Shown: one piece after another, positions 33,749 through 34,255 of the stretch
How the letters are laid out: every line of letters begins with the position of its first letter
Position numbering within the stretch: position 1 is the stretch's first letter
IMG/VR virus record: IMGVR_UViG_3300043414_000247
Coordinates: 1-34,255 of that record
Direction: 5' to 3' (one strand)
Length of the DNA: 34,255 bases
Origin: a virus
Taxonomy: Duplodnaviria; Caudoviricetes
The notes under the pieces: model-generated
The model's database searches: none
Seen by the model: only the letters and a program-made list of their open reading frames with translations
What the model was told of the DNA's origin: nothing
Made by a program: the position numbers and the translations under genes

Positions 33749-34018
33749 ATGCAGCTCAAGAATGGCACGTTCTGCCCCCTGATCAAGAAGGACTGCGTAC
33801 AGCTTCAGTGCGCGTGGTTCACGCAATTGCGTGGCACGCACCCCCAGACGGGCGCGGAGATTGACGAGTGGATGTGCGCCATTTCGGCCATGCCCATGCT
33901 ACAGATTGAGGTTGCCAAGGAAGCCCGCCAGGGTGCTGCGGCGACTGAGAGCTTCCGAAACGAGATGGTGCGGGCGCAGGGCGAAGTGCTGCCGCCGCTT
34001 CTCAAACAATTGTCGTAG
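33749..34018 (+). CDS. Cys-rich fibre-associated protein (89 aa)
   Basis: FCPLIKKDC..QCAWF..G.HPQTG..W.CA..AATESFRNEMV. Confidence 0.6.
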   Translation: MQLKNGTFCPLIKKDCVQLQCAWFTQLRGTHPQTGAEIDEWMCAISAMPMLQIEVAKEARQGAAATESFRNEMVRAQGEVLPPLLKQLS

Positions 34019-34025
34019 GAACCCG

Positions 34026-34255
34026 ATGGCAACGCGGTTGGTCAATGATCGTGATTTGGCCCTAAAAGTCGGTTTTCAGGCTACGGATTGGTCACACCCG
34101 GTCGCATACGAGGACTACGCAAACGTTTTGCAAACGTGGGACGTTAAGGCTATAATCCGCAACGACACCTGTGTGGGAGCGGCGTACTTCAAAGACGGCG
34201 AGGTTCATGTGTCGGTACTGCCTGAGTGGCGGCGGCGGTGGGCAACGCGGCGGAT
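34026..34255 (+). CDS. GNAT-like virion assembly protein, 3'-truncated
   Basis: AGGA RBS; MATRLVND...GEVHVSVLPEWRRRWATRG, open to the window end; usual position before the ejection genes. Confidence 0.55.
   Translation, partial: MATRLVNDRDLALKVGFQATDWSHPVAYEDYANVLQTWDVKAIIRNDTCVGAAYFKDGEVHVSVLPEWRRRWATRR

Overview
Most of a GC-rich tailed dsDNA phage genome with podovirus-type (P22-like) morphogenesis genes, apparently circularly permuted: the window starts inside an internal virion/ejection gene and ends inside a GNAT-like virion assembly gene. The host is probably an alphaproteobacterium, inferred from the DnaN-like motif STEETRYYLNG and the GTA-type 3-TM holin. Modules in order: ejection proteins (1-2288); lysis (2297-3437); SNF2 helicase and VRR-NUC on the minus strand, divergent from a Cas4-like nuclease, SSB, family A polymerase and primase-helicase (3612-11471); a minus-strand accessory region (11506-17697); a largely non-coding, repeat-rich, origin/terminus-like region (17700-18706); terS-HNH-terL, portal, fibre module, scaffold, coat, head-tail and tail genes (18707-34255). 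No integrase, recognisable repressor, RNA polymerase, tRNA or CRISPR array is seen. The best candidate for an undescribed system lies at 14446-17007. It combines a truncated beta-clamp (DnaN) homologue that keeps the peptide-binding pocket motifs but lacks the ring interfaces, a neighbouring protein ending in a clamp-binding-like motif (QQELNL), and two stand-alone DnaA domain IV proteins. Together these suggest a dnaA/dnaN mimicry module. All family assignments come from motif recognition, not database searches.
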